From an uncultured Acetobacteraceae bacterium (GTDB lineage: Bacteria; Pseudomonadota; Alphaproteobacteria; Acetobacterales; Acetobacteraceae), in NCBI GenBank assembly GCA_946476985.1, contig CAMKWS010000002.1, positions 121,958 to 185,957 of the forward strand: a stretch of 64,000 nucleotides of DNA, written 5' to 3'. Positions within the stretch are counted from its first letter, which is position 1, and the number at the start of each line of letters is the position of its first letter. Below are positions 29,496 to 38,293 of this stretch, piece after piece. The notes below the pieces were generated by a model. That model was not told the origin of the DNA, searched no databases, and saw only the letters and a program-made list of their open reading frames with translations. Both the position numbers and the translations under genes were made by a program.

Positions 29496-30158
29496 TTACG
29501 GGTGAGACGATGCAGGGGCCGCAAAACGGCCCATCATGCCGCGTAACTCCGCAATCCCTAATGAGGTTGTACTGCTTGTTGGTACCACACGTGGGAAAGC
29601 CGCAGCATGTTTAGCAACAATAGCCTCAACCTCTTTAACACGCGCTTCTAAAGCAGCAGCTGATAATGCATCACATTTTGTCAATACAATCTGAAACACA
29701 ACAGCGGCTTTATCGAGCAAGTCGCATACTTCTTTATCAGAAGCCTTTGGCCCAACACGCCCATCAATGAGCAGCACGACACGGGCCAAATTAGGCCGCC
29801 CGCGCAGATACGCAAACATCGTCCGCTGCCAATCTTCTTTGACAGCTTTAGAGGCCTTCGCAAAACCATAGCCGGGCATATCCACCAAAGATAAACGCCC
29901 ACCTAGGTTAAAAAAGTTAAGCTGCTTCGTACGCCCTGGTTCAGAGGATGCGCGTGCAAGTCCTCGCCGGCCAGTAAGAGCATTAATAATGCTCGACTTC
30001 CCCACATTAGAACGCCCTGCGAACGCAATCTCTGCCCGGTCAGGGGGAGGAAGTTGCTCCGTTGTCTGCGCTCCAAAGAAAAAGTCACACGGGCCAGCAA
30101 ACAGCTTACGCCCGGTTTCTAATTCTGCCTCGGTGAGTACACCGGCTTGCTCTTGCAT
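29496..30158 (-). CDS. yihA: ribosome biogenesis GTP-binding protein YihA/YsxC (EngB)
   Basis: G1 GRSNVGKSS, G3 DMPGYG and G4 TKCD. TAATG overlap with the yidC stop. Confidence 0.9.
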   Translation of the reverse strand: MQEQAGVLTEAELETGRKLFAGPCDFFFGAQTTEQLPPPDRAEIAFAGRSNVGKSSIINALTGRRGLARASSEPGRTKQLNFFNLGGRLSLVDMPGYGFAKASKAVKEDWQRTMFAYLRGRPNLARVVLLIDGRVGPKASDKEVCDLLDKAAVVFQIVLTKCDALSAAALEARVKEVEAIVAKHAAAFPRVVPTSSTTSLGIAELRGMMGRFAAPASSHP

Positions 30159-31921
30159 TAGCGTTTACCCCCCTTAGCGGGAGATTTACCCTTCTGCCCC
30201 GCCATAGGTACCGGCAAGCTAGTACGGCTCTCAATGTAACGCTGCTGCAAGAAAGTCAGCACGTTATTCCATGTGTAATAGACTAGCAGCCCCGCTGGGA
30301 AGCTCGACATCACAAACACATATACCACAGGCATAAACTGCATCACACGTGCCTGAGCCGGATCCATACTCACCATAGTGTTGCGCTGCAATAGCCAGAA
30401 GGTAATGCCCAGTGCTGCCCCCCAAATGCTCAAATGCAGGAAGGAGAACAGATGTGTCGGGTCAAACGGCAAGAGGCCGAATAGGTTAAACACATTAGTT
30501 GGATCTGGCACGGAAAGGTCACGGATCCAGCCAAAGAAAGGCGCATGACGTTCATCAATGCTAAGATTAAGCATCTTATACAAGCAGAAGAAGATAGGCG
30601 CTTGAATCAGCATTGGTAAGCAACCACCTGCTGGATTAATCTTCTCTTCCTTATACAGGGCCATAACCTTCTGGTTCATCACCATTGGGTCATTTTTATA
30701 ACGCTCGCGTAACTCTGTAATCTTTGGTGCCACCATACGCATACGTGCAGCAGACTGTGCGGCTTTAGAGGCTAGCGGAAAGAGAATAATCTTCACTAGC
30801 AGGGTCATCACCATCAGGCCGAGACCAAAGTTACCAATATGCACATACAACCAGTGCAACAGATACAAAATGGGCTTCGTCAAGAAACTAAACCATCCGA
30901 AATCAATACTCTTATCGAAATCTGGCAGGCCTAGCTTCTGTCCATAATCACGCAAGAGATCAGGCTCTTTGGCCCCAGCAAACAGGTAACTGCCCTGCCC
31001 CAGCTGCGCACCATTCTGGATCACTTGCGGCTCTTGTGGGCTAAAGGTCACACGGTAAGACCCACGCCCCTCCGGCTCATAACTGTAGCGCGCATGCGTC
31101 AGCGTTGTTGCCTCTGCTCCAATAGCAGTAAGCCAGTATTTATCGGTAATACCACCCCAACCGCCATGGCCAGTTGCCTCCCATGAGACCTGCCCTGGAT
31201 TATTTACACCCTGACGTAGAGCCTTATAGCCGTTGTCCGCCAAACGACCATTCATTACAGCGATCGGCCCCTCATAGGCTGTCATAGAGCCTGTATCTTC
31301 TGGTAGGTAATCACGCTGTACCCGCTGGAAAGGGTAAAGAGAAATTGTCTGACCAGAATGATTTTCCACCAGCTGCTGCACGGTTAGCATATAGTGCTTA
31401 TCTTGTGCGAGCCGAATAACAAAGCGCACACCTGCACCGTTATCCCAATGCAGTGTCACAGGACGCTCTGGTGTTAACTCTGCTGCACCTGCCTTCCAAA
31501 GAGAGGCATCATCCGGCAAGCGTGTCGTAAAGCCTGCGGCATTCTCCCAACCAAGAACAAGGTAATTCGGCTTGGCGCTACCTACTTTGTCCAGCAAACG
31601 TACAAGCGGGCTATCCTTAGCAATCGTCTCGCGATAGCGGGTTAGCTCAAGCTCATCTAGCTTTGCCCCACGCAGATTGAAAGAACCTTGGACATCAGGC
31701 CCTGCCACCTTAAGGCGGTGCTCACTGTTATCCTGCACCTCTTCAACCTTCGCCATTGGCTTTGCCGCAGGGACTGGTTGTGCTGCCATAGCAGGGGCAG
31801 GCGCTGGAGAGTGCGTCTCAACAGCCTGTTTATGTTCAACCTTCGGTGCGAAGAAATTGAAACCAATTAAAACAAGGGCCGAGATTGCCACGGCCAAAAT
31901 AATGCGTTTGCTACTTTCCAT
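30158..31921 (-). CDS. yidC: membrane protein insertase YidC
   Basis: 587 aa with an N-terminal TM, a large periplasmic domain and a C-terminal 60 kDa IMP core (GCLPMLIQAPIFFCLY). Confidence 0.95.
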   Translation of the reverse strand: MESSKRIILAVAISALVLIGFNFFAPKVEHKQAVETHSPAPAPAMAAQPVPAAKPMAKVEEVQDNSEHRLKVAGPDVQGSFNLRGAKLDELELTRYRETIAKDSPLVRLLDKVGSAKPNYLVLGWENAAGFTTRLPDDASLWKAGAAELTPERPVTLHWDNGAGVRFVIRLAQDKHYMLTVQQLVENHSGQTISLYPFQRVQRDYLPEDTGSMTAYEGPIAVMNGRLADNGYKALRQGVNNPGQVSWEATGHGGWGGITDKYWLTAIGAEATTLTHARYSYEPEGRGSYRVTFSPQEPQVIQNGAQLGQGSYLFAGAKEPDLLRDYGQKLGLPDFDKSIDFGWFSFLTKPILYLLHWLYVHIGNFGLGLMVMTLLVKIILFPLASKAAQSAARMRMVAPKITELRERYKNDPMVMNQKVMALYKEEKINPAGGCLPMLIQAPIFFCLYKMLNLSIDERHAPFFGWIRDLSVPDPTNVFNLFGLLPFDPTHLFSFLHLSIWGAALGITFWLLQRNTMVSMDPAQARVMQFMPVVYVFVMSSFPAGLLVYYTWNNVLTFLQQRYIESRTSLPVPMAGQKGKSPAKGGKR

Positions 31922-32236
31922 CGGGCTAGAGCCGCTCTTTCATCTATCTGGAAGGGTAGAATGCTCTTCTGTGGCTTAAAATTACACGTAAAACAATAGC
32001 CGAGCCTATTTTCCCTGATATGAACCACACAAAGCCATATCAGCATGACCTCTACAAAACGGTAAAAGAATCGCCTTTATCAGAGGATAAACTCCACCTC
32101 TGGCAGGCATAAATATACCTTAAAACGTATTGTGCATATGCCCCTCTTAATCGCATGTGGAAAACATCGCAGCGATTCTACAAAGAGGTCCCCCCCTCCC
32201 TAGCCCTCCTCCTCAGGCCCTTTATACAGAGCATAT

Positions 32237-32273
32237 AAAAAGAGCGAGGCTGTATAATTAGCCCCGCTCTTTT
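32237..32273 (-). terminator. intrinsic terminator of the OYE reductase gene
   Basis: Minus-strand RNA GAGCGGGGC-loop-GCCUCGCUC (one G-U pair) followed by UUUUU, 5 nt after the stop codon. Confidence 0.8.
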
Positions 32274-32278
32274 CTCAC

Positions 32279-33364
32279 TTACTTAGCGAAAGGATAATCC
32301 GTATAGCCTTTCTCACCATGCGGACCGTACCAGGTGGTCACATCATATTCTTGTAGAGGAAGGTCCTCTTGGAAGCGCCTTACAAGATCTGGATTAGCAA
32401 TATATGCACGACCAAAGCTAATTGCATCCGCTTTCCCAGAAGAGACAGCCTCCATCGCTGTGTCACGTGTATACTCCTGATTCAACACCAACGAACCATG
32501 GAAAACCTTCCGAATTTCTGGTGAAAGTTTTGGTTGCTCGGTAGCGCCAGCAAAAGCTTGGTGACTATCAGGGTTAGCCTCACGCAGCTCCAACCAGGCA
32601 ACACCTAGCTCATTCAGCATTTTCGCCGCTGGGATGAAAACAGCTTCTGGGTTACTATCTATTGTCCCCTGCGCATCTCCATTTGGAGAAAGACGCACAC
32701 CCACATGCTCCGCACCGATAGCAGCGATAACAGCCTCCGTCACCTCACGCAGAAGACGTAATCTGTTCTCAACAGATCCACCGTAAGCATCTGTCCGATG
32801 GTTGGTCCCATCACGCAAAAATTCATCGAGCAAGTAGCCATTTGCTGAATGAATTTGCACACCATCAAACCCAGCACGCATCGCATTACGTGCGGCAACG
32901 ACGTAACTCTCGATAATACCAGGAATCTCATCTAATCGCAGAGCACGTGCTTCCTCATACGGCACTTTGCCTTCATATGTATGAATATGCCCTGGCCCTG
33001 TGGAAGGTGACGGCGCAACAGGCTGCTCGCCCGTAATAGATGAATGGGCCATACGCCCCATGTGCCAGAGCTGGCAGACAATCTTGCCCCCCTTCTCATG
33101 CACAGCCTGCGTTACCTTCTTCCAGCCTTCTACCTGGGCATCATTCCAAATACCCGCTGTATACGCCCAGCCTAATCCTTGCCGGGAAATCCCCACAGCC
33201 TCTGAAATAATCAGACCGACACTCGCACGTTGTGCATAATATTCCGCCATAATCGGCGTTGGCACGCTATCTTTACCGGCGCGTGCACGCGTAACCGGAG
33301 CCATGACAACACGATTGGCAAGTTTAATAGCCCCAAAAGACGTCGGTTCAAAAAGCGTTGGCAT
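32279..33364 (-). CDS. alkene reductase / NADH:flavin oxidoreductase, Old Yellow Enzyme family (NemA-like)
   Basis: 361 aa with LANRVVMAPVTRARA, CQLWHMGR and GVQIHSANGYLLDEFL. Strong RBS AGGAGG. Confidence 0.85.
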   Translation of the reverse strand: MPTLFEPTSFGAIKLANRVVMAPVTRARAGKDSVPTPIMAEYYAQRASVGLIISEAVGISRQGLGWAYTAGIWNDAQVEGWKKVTQAVHEKGGKIVCQLWHMGRMAHSSITGEQPVAPSPSTGPGHIHTYEGKVPYEEARALRLDEIPGIIESYVVAARNAMRAGFDGVQIHSANGYLLDEFLRDGTNHRTDAYGGSVENRLRLLREVTEAVIAAIGAEHVGVRLSPNGDAQGTIDSNPEAVFIPAAKMLNELGVAWLELREANPDSHQAFAGATEQPKLSPEIRKVFHGSLVLNQEYTRDTAMEAVSSGKADAISFGRAYIANPDLVRRFQEDLPLQEYDVTTWYGPHGEKGYTDYPFAK

Positions 33365-33457
33365 GCTTGCCTCCTAAAAGACACAGTCATAGTGACTAGA
33401 TAATGTAAGACGGCAATCGCCCTCTCACACTACGAGGTGTTAGCATATAGTTAATAA

Positions 33458-33473
33458 TTCGATCAATATCGAA
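33458..33473. promoter_or_regulatory. palindromic operator candidate TTCGAT-CAAT-ATCGAA upstream of the OYE gene
   Basis: Perfect 6-bp arms, 94-109 nt upstream of the OYE ATG, overlapping candidate -35-like hexamers (TTGTTC / TTGATC on the minus strand). Confidence 0.35.
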
Positions 33474-33597
33474 CAATGAGCTTATTTTTAATATCACCAG
33501 CTTGTGACAGACCACTCCCTACCCACCAACAAATCTAATTATTTCGGGGCGTCAGATGCTAGGCGCAGTCAGTATCTTTTGAGATTTTAAGTCTATT

Positions 33598-33630
33598 AAA
33601 AAGGGCTGCGCCAACAGCAGGAAGCAACCC
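33598..33630 (-). terminator. intrinsic terminator after yidD
   Basis: Minus-strand RNA GGGUUGC-loop-GCAGCCC (one G-U pair) followed by UUUUU, 16 nt after the yidD stop. Confidence 0.6.
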
Positions 33631-33645
33631 ATCTCAAAGCCCACA

Positions 33646-33876
33646 CTAGGGAGGCAAGTCCTCTCCACCAGGGTGAAAAGGATGGCATTTTAAAAGCCTA
33701 CACAAAGCTAACCAGCCGCCTTTTAACGGCCCATGGCGTTTAATCGCTTCTTCAGCATAAACACTACATGTCGGCTGGAAGCGACAATCCCACCCTATCA
33801 GCGGGCTTAATGTAAGCCGATAAAGCTTTATCATCCCCAACATAATGGCTGAGAATAGATAAGAAGATAGTCTCAC
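33646..33876 (-). CDS. yidD: membrane protein insertion efficiency factor YidD
   Basis: 76 aa with [31 protein letters not shown] overlap with rnpA. Confidence 0.9.
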   Translation of the reverse strand: MRLSSYLFSAIMLGMIKLYRLTLSPLIGWDCRFQPTCSVYAEEAIKRHGPLKGGWLALCRLLKCHPFHPGGEDLPP

Positions 33877-34223
33877 CGCTTTTTATTATCCAAAGCGCTG
33901 AGTACTTTTTGCACATCTTTTTTTAAAAGAGAAAAAGGCCTCTTACGCGTTGTAGCTCGCCCGATAAGGACGATATCCCCAAAAGATGAAAACTCTTCTG
34001 TTTCTTTAACAACTAAACGTAAGGCCTCTCGTAGACGACGGCGCGTCTTATTGCGGACAACAGAATTACCAACCTTTTTAGTTACGGTAAAACCTGCCCG
34101 CATTGTCGCCTCCCCCTGATCTGGCAGAACTTGTCCTATCAGACCGGGAGACACAACCTTGTGGCCATTACGAGCCACACGCAGAAACTGAGACCGCTTA
34201 CGGAGGCGGTCAGGCTGTTTCAT
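33873..34223 (-). CDS. rnpA: ribonuclease P protein component
   Basis: 116 aa, basic, with the RNR-like motif [13 protein letters not shown], directly downstream of rpmH. Confidence 0.9.
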   Translation of the reverse strand: MKQPDRLRKRSQFLRVARNGHKVVSPGLIGQVLPDQGEATMRAGFTVTKKVGNSVVRNKTRRRLREALRLVVKETEEFSSFGDIVLIGRATTRKRPFSLLKKDVQKVLSALDNKKR

Positions 34224-34225
34224 GC

Positions 34226-34360
34226 TTAGGCAGAAAGCTTCTTACGGCCTTTTGCGCGGCGGTTAGCCAGAACGCGACGCCCACCAACAGTAGCAGAACG
34301 TGTACGGAAACCGTGACGGCGCTTACGAACCAAACGGGAAGGCTGATATGTGCGCTTCAT
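34226..34360 (-). CDS. rpmH: 50S ribosomal protein L34
   Basis: Below the ORF-track size cutoff. My translation is [44 protein letters not shown] (44 aa), the canonical L34 sequence. RBS GAGGA lies upstream. Confidence 0.95.
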   Translation of the reverse strand: MKRTYQPSRLVRKRRHGFRTRSATVGGRRVLANRRAKGRKKLSA

Positions 34361-34452
34361 GTTTTCAATCCTCTAATCTCAAAAACATATCCTCTAAAAG
34401 GATACGTATCAGAACAGGACGCACCCAAAACGCCCCTCCACTTAGGGTGCAG

Positions 34453-34481
34453 CTTTTAAGGGGAGCGTCCTATCCTGTCAA
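34453..34481 (-). promoter_or_regulatory. sigma-70-type promoter candidate for rpmH-rnpA-yidD
   Basis: The minus strand reads TTGACA (34481..34476), a 17-nt spacer, then TAAAAG (34458..34453), about 90 nt upstream of the rpmH ATG. Confidence 0.5.
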
Positions 34482-34520
34482 TCCTGCAAATCCACTTCAT
34501 TTAAGAAGTCATCTGCAAAT

Positions 34521-34916
34521 TTACAGATTGGGCTTTTCAATCAGCTCAACCTTATACCCATCAGGGTCTTGTACGAAAGCAATTACCACAGTGCCAAATT
34601 TCATTGGCCCTGCCTCACGGGTAACTTTTCCACCCCCCTGACGTACTTCCTCTACTGCTGCGGCAACATCGCGCACACCAATAGCGAAATGGCCAAAACC
34701 ATTACCGATCTCATACTCTTCGGTCTGATCCCAATTGTAGGTCAGCTCGATTTCTGCTTGTCCATGTTCATTGTCATTAAAGCCGATATATACCAGCGTA
34801 AAGCGCCCTTCACGTACTTCCATGCGGCGCAACTCTTTCATCCCTAGCAGGCGATAAAATGCCAAGCTACGGTCTAAATCACGCACACGAATCATTGTAT
34901 GCAGATAGGTGCTCAT
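34521..34916 (-). CDS. gloA: lactoylglutathione lyase (glyoxalase I)
   Basis: 131 aa, collinear with E. coli GloA (LHTMIRVRDL..., ELTYNW, GKVTREAGPMKFGTVVIAFVQDPDGYKVELIE). Confidence 0.9.
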   Translation of the reverse strand: MSTYLHTMIRVRDLDRSLAFYRLLGMKELRRMEVREGRFTLVYIGFNDNEHGQAEIELTYNWDQTEEYEIGNGFGHFAIGVRDVAAAVEEVRQGGGKVTREAGPMKFGTVVIAFVQDPDGYKVELIEKPNL

Positions 34917-34931
34917 AAATATTTCAACCTT

Positions 34932-35786
34932 TCAGCAAAGCAACTCATCTGGTGTTAATCCATATAGAAACAACCCCAGACGGTCAGCCTCGGTTATACA
35001 TTCTTTATAACCCATTACTAGGGTAGCCCCCTTAGGAAAAGCTAGCCCCCTTAGACCAGATTTCGCAGCCTCTCTTATTGTAATAGGTCCTATTGCGGGC
35101 ATATCTACCCGTAATTCCTGCCCTTTTTTGGGCATTTTTACCAATACCCCCCCTGGGGCATCCTGCTTAAGAGCCGCACAACGCCGTAACATAGCATCCG
35201 TGCCCTCTAACGCTTCAACCGCCAATGTTAAGCCATTTTGTACGACACAACCTTGCCCAATATCCAACGCCCCCATAACCGTTAGATTCTGCACCGCCTG
35301 GCGAATATCTGCAAATGCCTGTTCATCCGGCTGCCAACGGCCATATGCCCCTGCATATTGAGCAACGATAGCATCATCACTTCCCACCAGATACTCATGC
35401 GCTCCTCGCACATGGAAACCTTCTTCTTCCAGAAGGTTTATAATCGCAGCAAGCAAGCCGTCATCACCTAAAAAAACAGCACGCCCTAACCGCCCTAACA
35501 AACGCACCCCTTCAGCATCGGGGCGCATATCCCGCCATGAAGGCCTCTTCACAGGGCCAATCAATACTAACTCAGAACATGACTGCTCACGTAAGGCGGC
35601 TAAAATCCCCCCTGCAGCAGCCAGGCGAAACATCTTATGGGGGAAAGGGGCAAGCAATGCCTCTTCAGCAAATCCTTTAAACCCAATAATAAATACATCT
35701 CGCCCCTCAGCTTGGAGGGAACGTGCAACGCAAGCAGGTAAAGGGCCTCCTCCGGCCAAAATACCCACCCGGGCTTTTATTTTCAC
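34932..35786 (-). CDS. lpxI: UDP-2,3-diacylglucosamine diphosphatase LpxI (DUF1009)
   Basis: 284 aa with VGILAGGGPLP at the N-terminus, positioned directly after lpxA as in Caulobacter. GTGA overlap with lpxA. Confidence 0.8.
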   Translation of the reverse strand: MKIKARVGILAGGGPLPACVARSLQAEGRDVFIIGFKGFAEEALLAPFPHKMFRLAAAGGILAALREQSCSELVLIGPVKRPSWRDMRPDAEGVRLLGRLGRAVFLGDDGLLAAIINLLEEEGFHVRGAHEYLVGSDDAIVAQYAGAYGRWQPDEQAFADIRQAVQNLTVMGALDIGQGCVVQNGLTLAVEALEGTDAMLRRCAALKQDAPGGVLVKMPKKGQELRVDMPAIGPITIREAAKSGLRGLAFPKGATLVMGYKECITEADRLGLFLYGLTPDELLC

Positions 35787-36637
35787 TCTTGCGAGCCTTT
35801 TTCAGAGACGACACATCCAGGCCGTGTAAGCCCCCTGCGACTTGGAACTCTCATGAACGACAAAATCTCGGCAATGCGCTGAATATGCCCGTACCGTTCC
35901 TTCACAAGGGCCATACGCTGCTCTAAAGGCTGCATCCCCTCTGCGAAACGCGGATAAAGCATCCGGAACGCTCGACGCATCTCATGAACCTCAGCAGCCC
36001 CTACACCGGCTCGTTTTAGGCCAATCCAATTCAACCCAACAAGGCGGGCACGATTCCCCAAAACGCTCCCATAAGGGATGACATCCATCTCCACACCGCA
36101 CACACCACCAACAACAGCCCCTCGGCCAATCCGTACAAATTGGTGCAGTGCAGCAGACCCCATGATACGGGCATAGTCCTCTACAACCACATGCCCGCCC
36201 ATCACCACATTATTAACGATGATGACGCCCTCACCCACAACACAGTCATGGGCGATATGTGCATTTGCCATAATTAAGCAATCAGACCCAACGGAGGTTA
36301 AACCACTCCCTTGTGCCGTGCCTCTATGGATCGTAACACCTTCACGCACGACCGTCCGTGCACCGATCCGGCAACGTGTCGGCTCGCCTGCATATTTTAA
36401 ATCTTGTGGAGGATACCCGATAGTCGTGAAAGGATAGACCTCTACCCCTTCACCCAAGGTGGTATGCCCCTCAACCATAACAGAGGCATGTAACCGGACA
36501 TTATCTTCTAAACAAACGTCCGGCCCAACCAAACACCACGGCCCTATACAAACCCCCGCCCCAAGAGACGCCCGAGGGTCCACATGGGCCATCGGATGAA
36601 TCTCAACGCTATCGGGCCATGGAGCCGGTTCTGACAT
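35783..36637 (-). CDS. lpxA: acyl-ACP--UDP-N-acetylglucosamine O-acyltransferase
   Basis: Left-handed beta-helix hexapeptide repeats with IHPMAHVDPRASLG near the N-terminus. Start chosen at ATG 36637, 4 nt after the fabZ stop; the track ORF starts at TTG 36652. Confidence 0.9.
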   Translation of the reverse strand: MSEPAPWPDSVEIHPMAHVDPRASLGAGVCIGPWCLVGPDVCLEDNVRLHASVMVEGHTTLGEGVEVYPFTTIGYPPQDLKYAGEPTRCRIGARTVVREGVTIHRGTAQGSGLTSVGSDCLIMANAHIAHDCVVGEGVIIVNNVVMGGHVVVEDYARIMGSAALHQFVRIGRGAVVGGVCGVEMDVIPYGSVLGNRARLVGLNWIGLKRAGVGAAEVHEMRRAFRMLYPRFAEGMQPLEQRMALVKERYGHIQRIAEILSFMRVPSRRGLTRPGCVVSEKGSQE

Positions 36638-36641
36638 TAGG

Positions 36642-37112
36642 TCAGTCCACAATCATGGCACTAAAAGACGCCTCAGCGACGACCTTGCCATCAACCTTTG
36701 CGGCACCACGGAAACGCCATACATTTCCACGGGCACGTTCTTTACTCACATGGATCCGCAGCTGATCCCCCGGACCAACCGGGCGGCGGAATTTCGCATT
36801 TTCCACCGTCATGAAGTAAACAAGCTTCCCCTCAAACTCTGCCCCCAAAGTCAGCACCACCAAAGTAGCCGCTGTCTGTGCCATTGCCTCAACAATAAGG
36901 ACACCAGGCATAACAGGACGAGCAGGGAAATGACCTTGGAAGAAAGGCTCATTCATCGTGACATTTTTAATGCCAACCGCAGACTCCCCAGCCTGGATCT
37001 CTTCCATCTTATCAAGAAGGAGGAACGGGTAACGATGCGGAATCGCCTTCATAATCTGCAGTACATCAACGCTCTCAGGAACCTGATGTGTCTGCTCAGC
37101 AGCTGCTCCCAC
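36642..37112 (-). CDS. fabZ: 3-hydroxyacyl-ACP dehydratase
   Basis: 156 aa with [11 protein letters not shown] and [16 protein letters not shown]. Confidence 0.95.
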   Translation of the reverse strand: MGAAAEQTHQVPESVDVLQIMKAIPHRYPFLLLDKMEEIQAGESAVGIKNVTMNEPFFQGHFPARPVMPGVLIVEAMAQTAATLVVLTLGAEFEGKLVYFMTVENAKFRRPVGPGDQLRIHVSKERARGNVWRFRGAAKVDGKVVAEASFSAMIVD

Positions 37113-37233
37113 TTAATCTATCTCCCGGCTTATAAATTATAAACTGCAACATATCATCCCTTCCCGCAGAAAGGCACGCTTCATGTAGCACTTACTAGCA
37201 AAAAAAATTACAAAACACCATTTCTCTAAAGAG

Positions 37234-38280
37234 CTATTTTCTAGAAAGCTTTCTCAACGTAGCAATATTCCGGAAAAACTCGCGAAACGGCATCGCCGGA
37301 CTGCCAATTACATCAGCGCCCGCATCCACATCGGACATAACACCACACTGAGCGCCAATGCGCGCTTTCGTGCCGATCCTCAAATGTCCAGCTAAACCTG
37401 CTTGAGCAGCGATGGTGACAAAATCTTCAACAATAGTTGAGCCAGACACTCCAGCCTGCGACACAACAATACAACACCGACCCAATTGAGCGTTATGGCC
37501 AATTTGCACCAGATTATCTATGCGCGTCCCCGCTCCGATGACTGTATCTCGCATGGAGCCACGATCAATCGTAGAATTCGCACCGACTTCGACACCGTCA
37601 CCAATAATCACGCGCCCAAGCTGGGGAACACTTTCAAAGCCCTCGGGGCCAACAGCGAACCCAAAGCCATCCTGCCCAATCCGCGCACCTGGATAGAGGA
37701 TAACTCGTTCCCCCAACAAAGCATGGCTTACAGTTACCTGCGAGCCAATAATACAACCAGCTCCCATCTCTACATGTTCACCAATCACGGCATGAGCACC
37801 AATGACGCAACCATCACCAATTTGGGCGCCTTGGCCAATAACTGCAAAAGGGCCAATCTCTACACAACGCCCAATAACGGCTCCTTCACCAATCACGGCA
37901 CTAGGATGCTGTTTCCCCTCCAAAACAGGGCGAGGATGGAAAAGCCGAGCTACACGAGACCACGCTAAGTAAGGTTCTTTAACAACAAGAGCAATGCACC
38001 CCTCTGGCACCTTATCAGCGAAAGCGGAACCTACAATTACAGCCCCTGCTCGTGTTTTCTCTAAGAGAGGAAGATAACGACGGTTATCAAAAAAGGAGAC
38101 ATGCTCTGCATTTGCCTCATGCAAAGGAGCAACACCCACAAACATATCTTGCTGCGTATTGTCCCCTTGAACATCCGCCCCTGTGACCTCAACAAGACGG
38201 GACAAAGGGAACGGACCTTCCTTATAGAAGAAACGTGCGTCCCCCGGCAAAGATGCTCCGCTCTTATCTTCTGCGGTCAC
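37234..38280 (-). CDS. lpxD: UDP-3-O-(3-hydroxyacyl)glucosamine N-acyltransferase
   Basis: 348 aa with an N-terminal UDP-binding domain and long hexapeptide repeats, between skp and fabZ. Confidence 0.9.
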   Translation of the reverse strand: MTAEDKSGASLPGDARFFYKEGPFPLSRLVEVTGADVQGDNTQQDMFVGVAPLHEANAEHVSFFDNRRYLPLLEKTRAGAVIVGSAFADKVPEGCIALVVKEPYLAWSRVARLFHPRPVLEGKQHPSAVIGEGAVIGRCVEIGPFAVIGQGAQIGDGCVIGAHAVIGEHVEMGAGCIIGSQVTVSHALLGERVILYPGARIGQDGFGFAVGPEGFESVPQLGRVIIGDGVEVGANSTIDRGSMRDTVIGAGTRIDNLVQIGHNAQLGRCCIVVSQAGVSGSTIVEDFVTIAAQAGLAGHLRIGTKARIGAQCGVMSDVDAGADVIGSPAMPFREFFRNIATLRKLSRK

Positions 38281-38293
38281 AGCGCCCTCCTCA

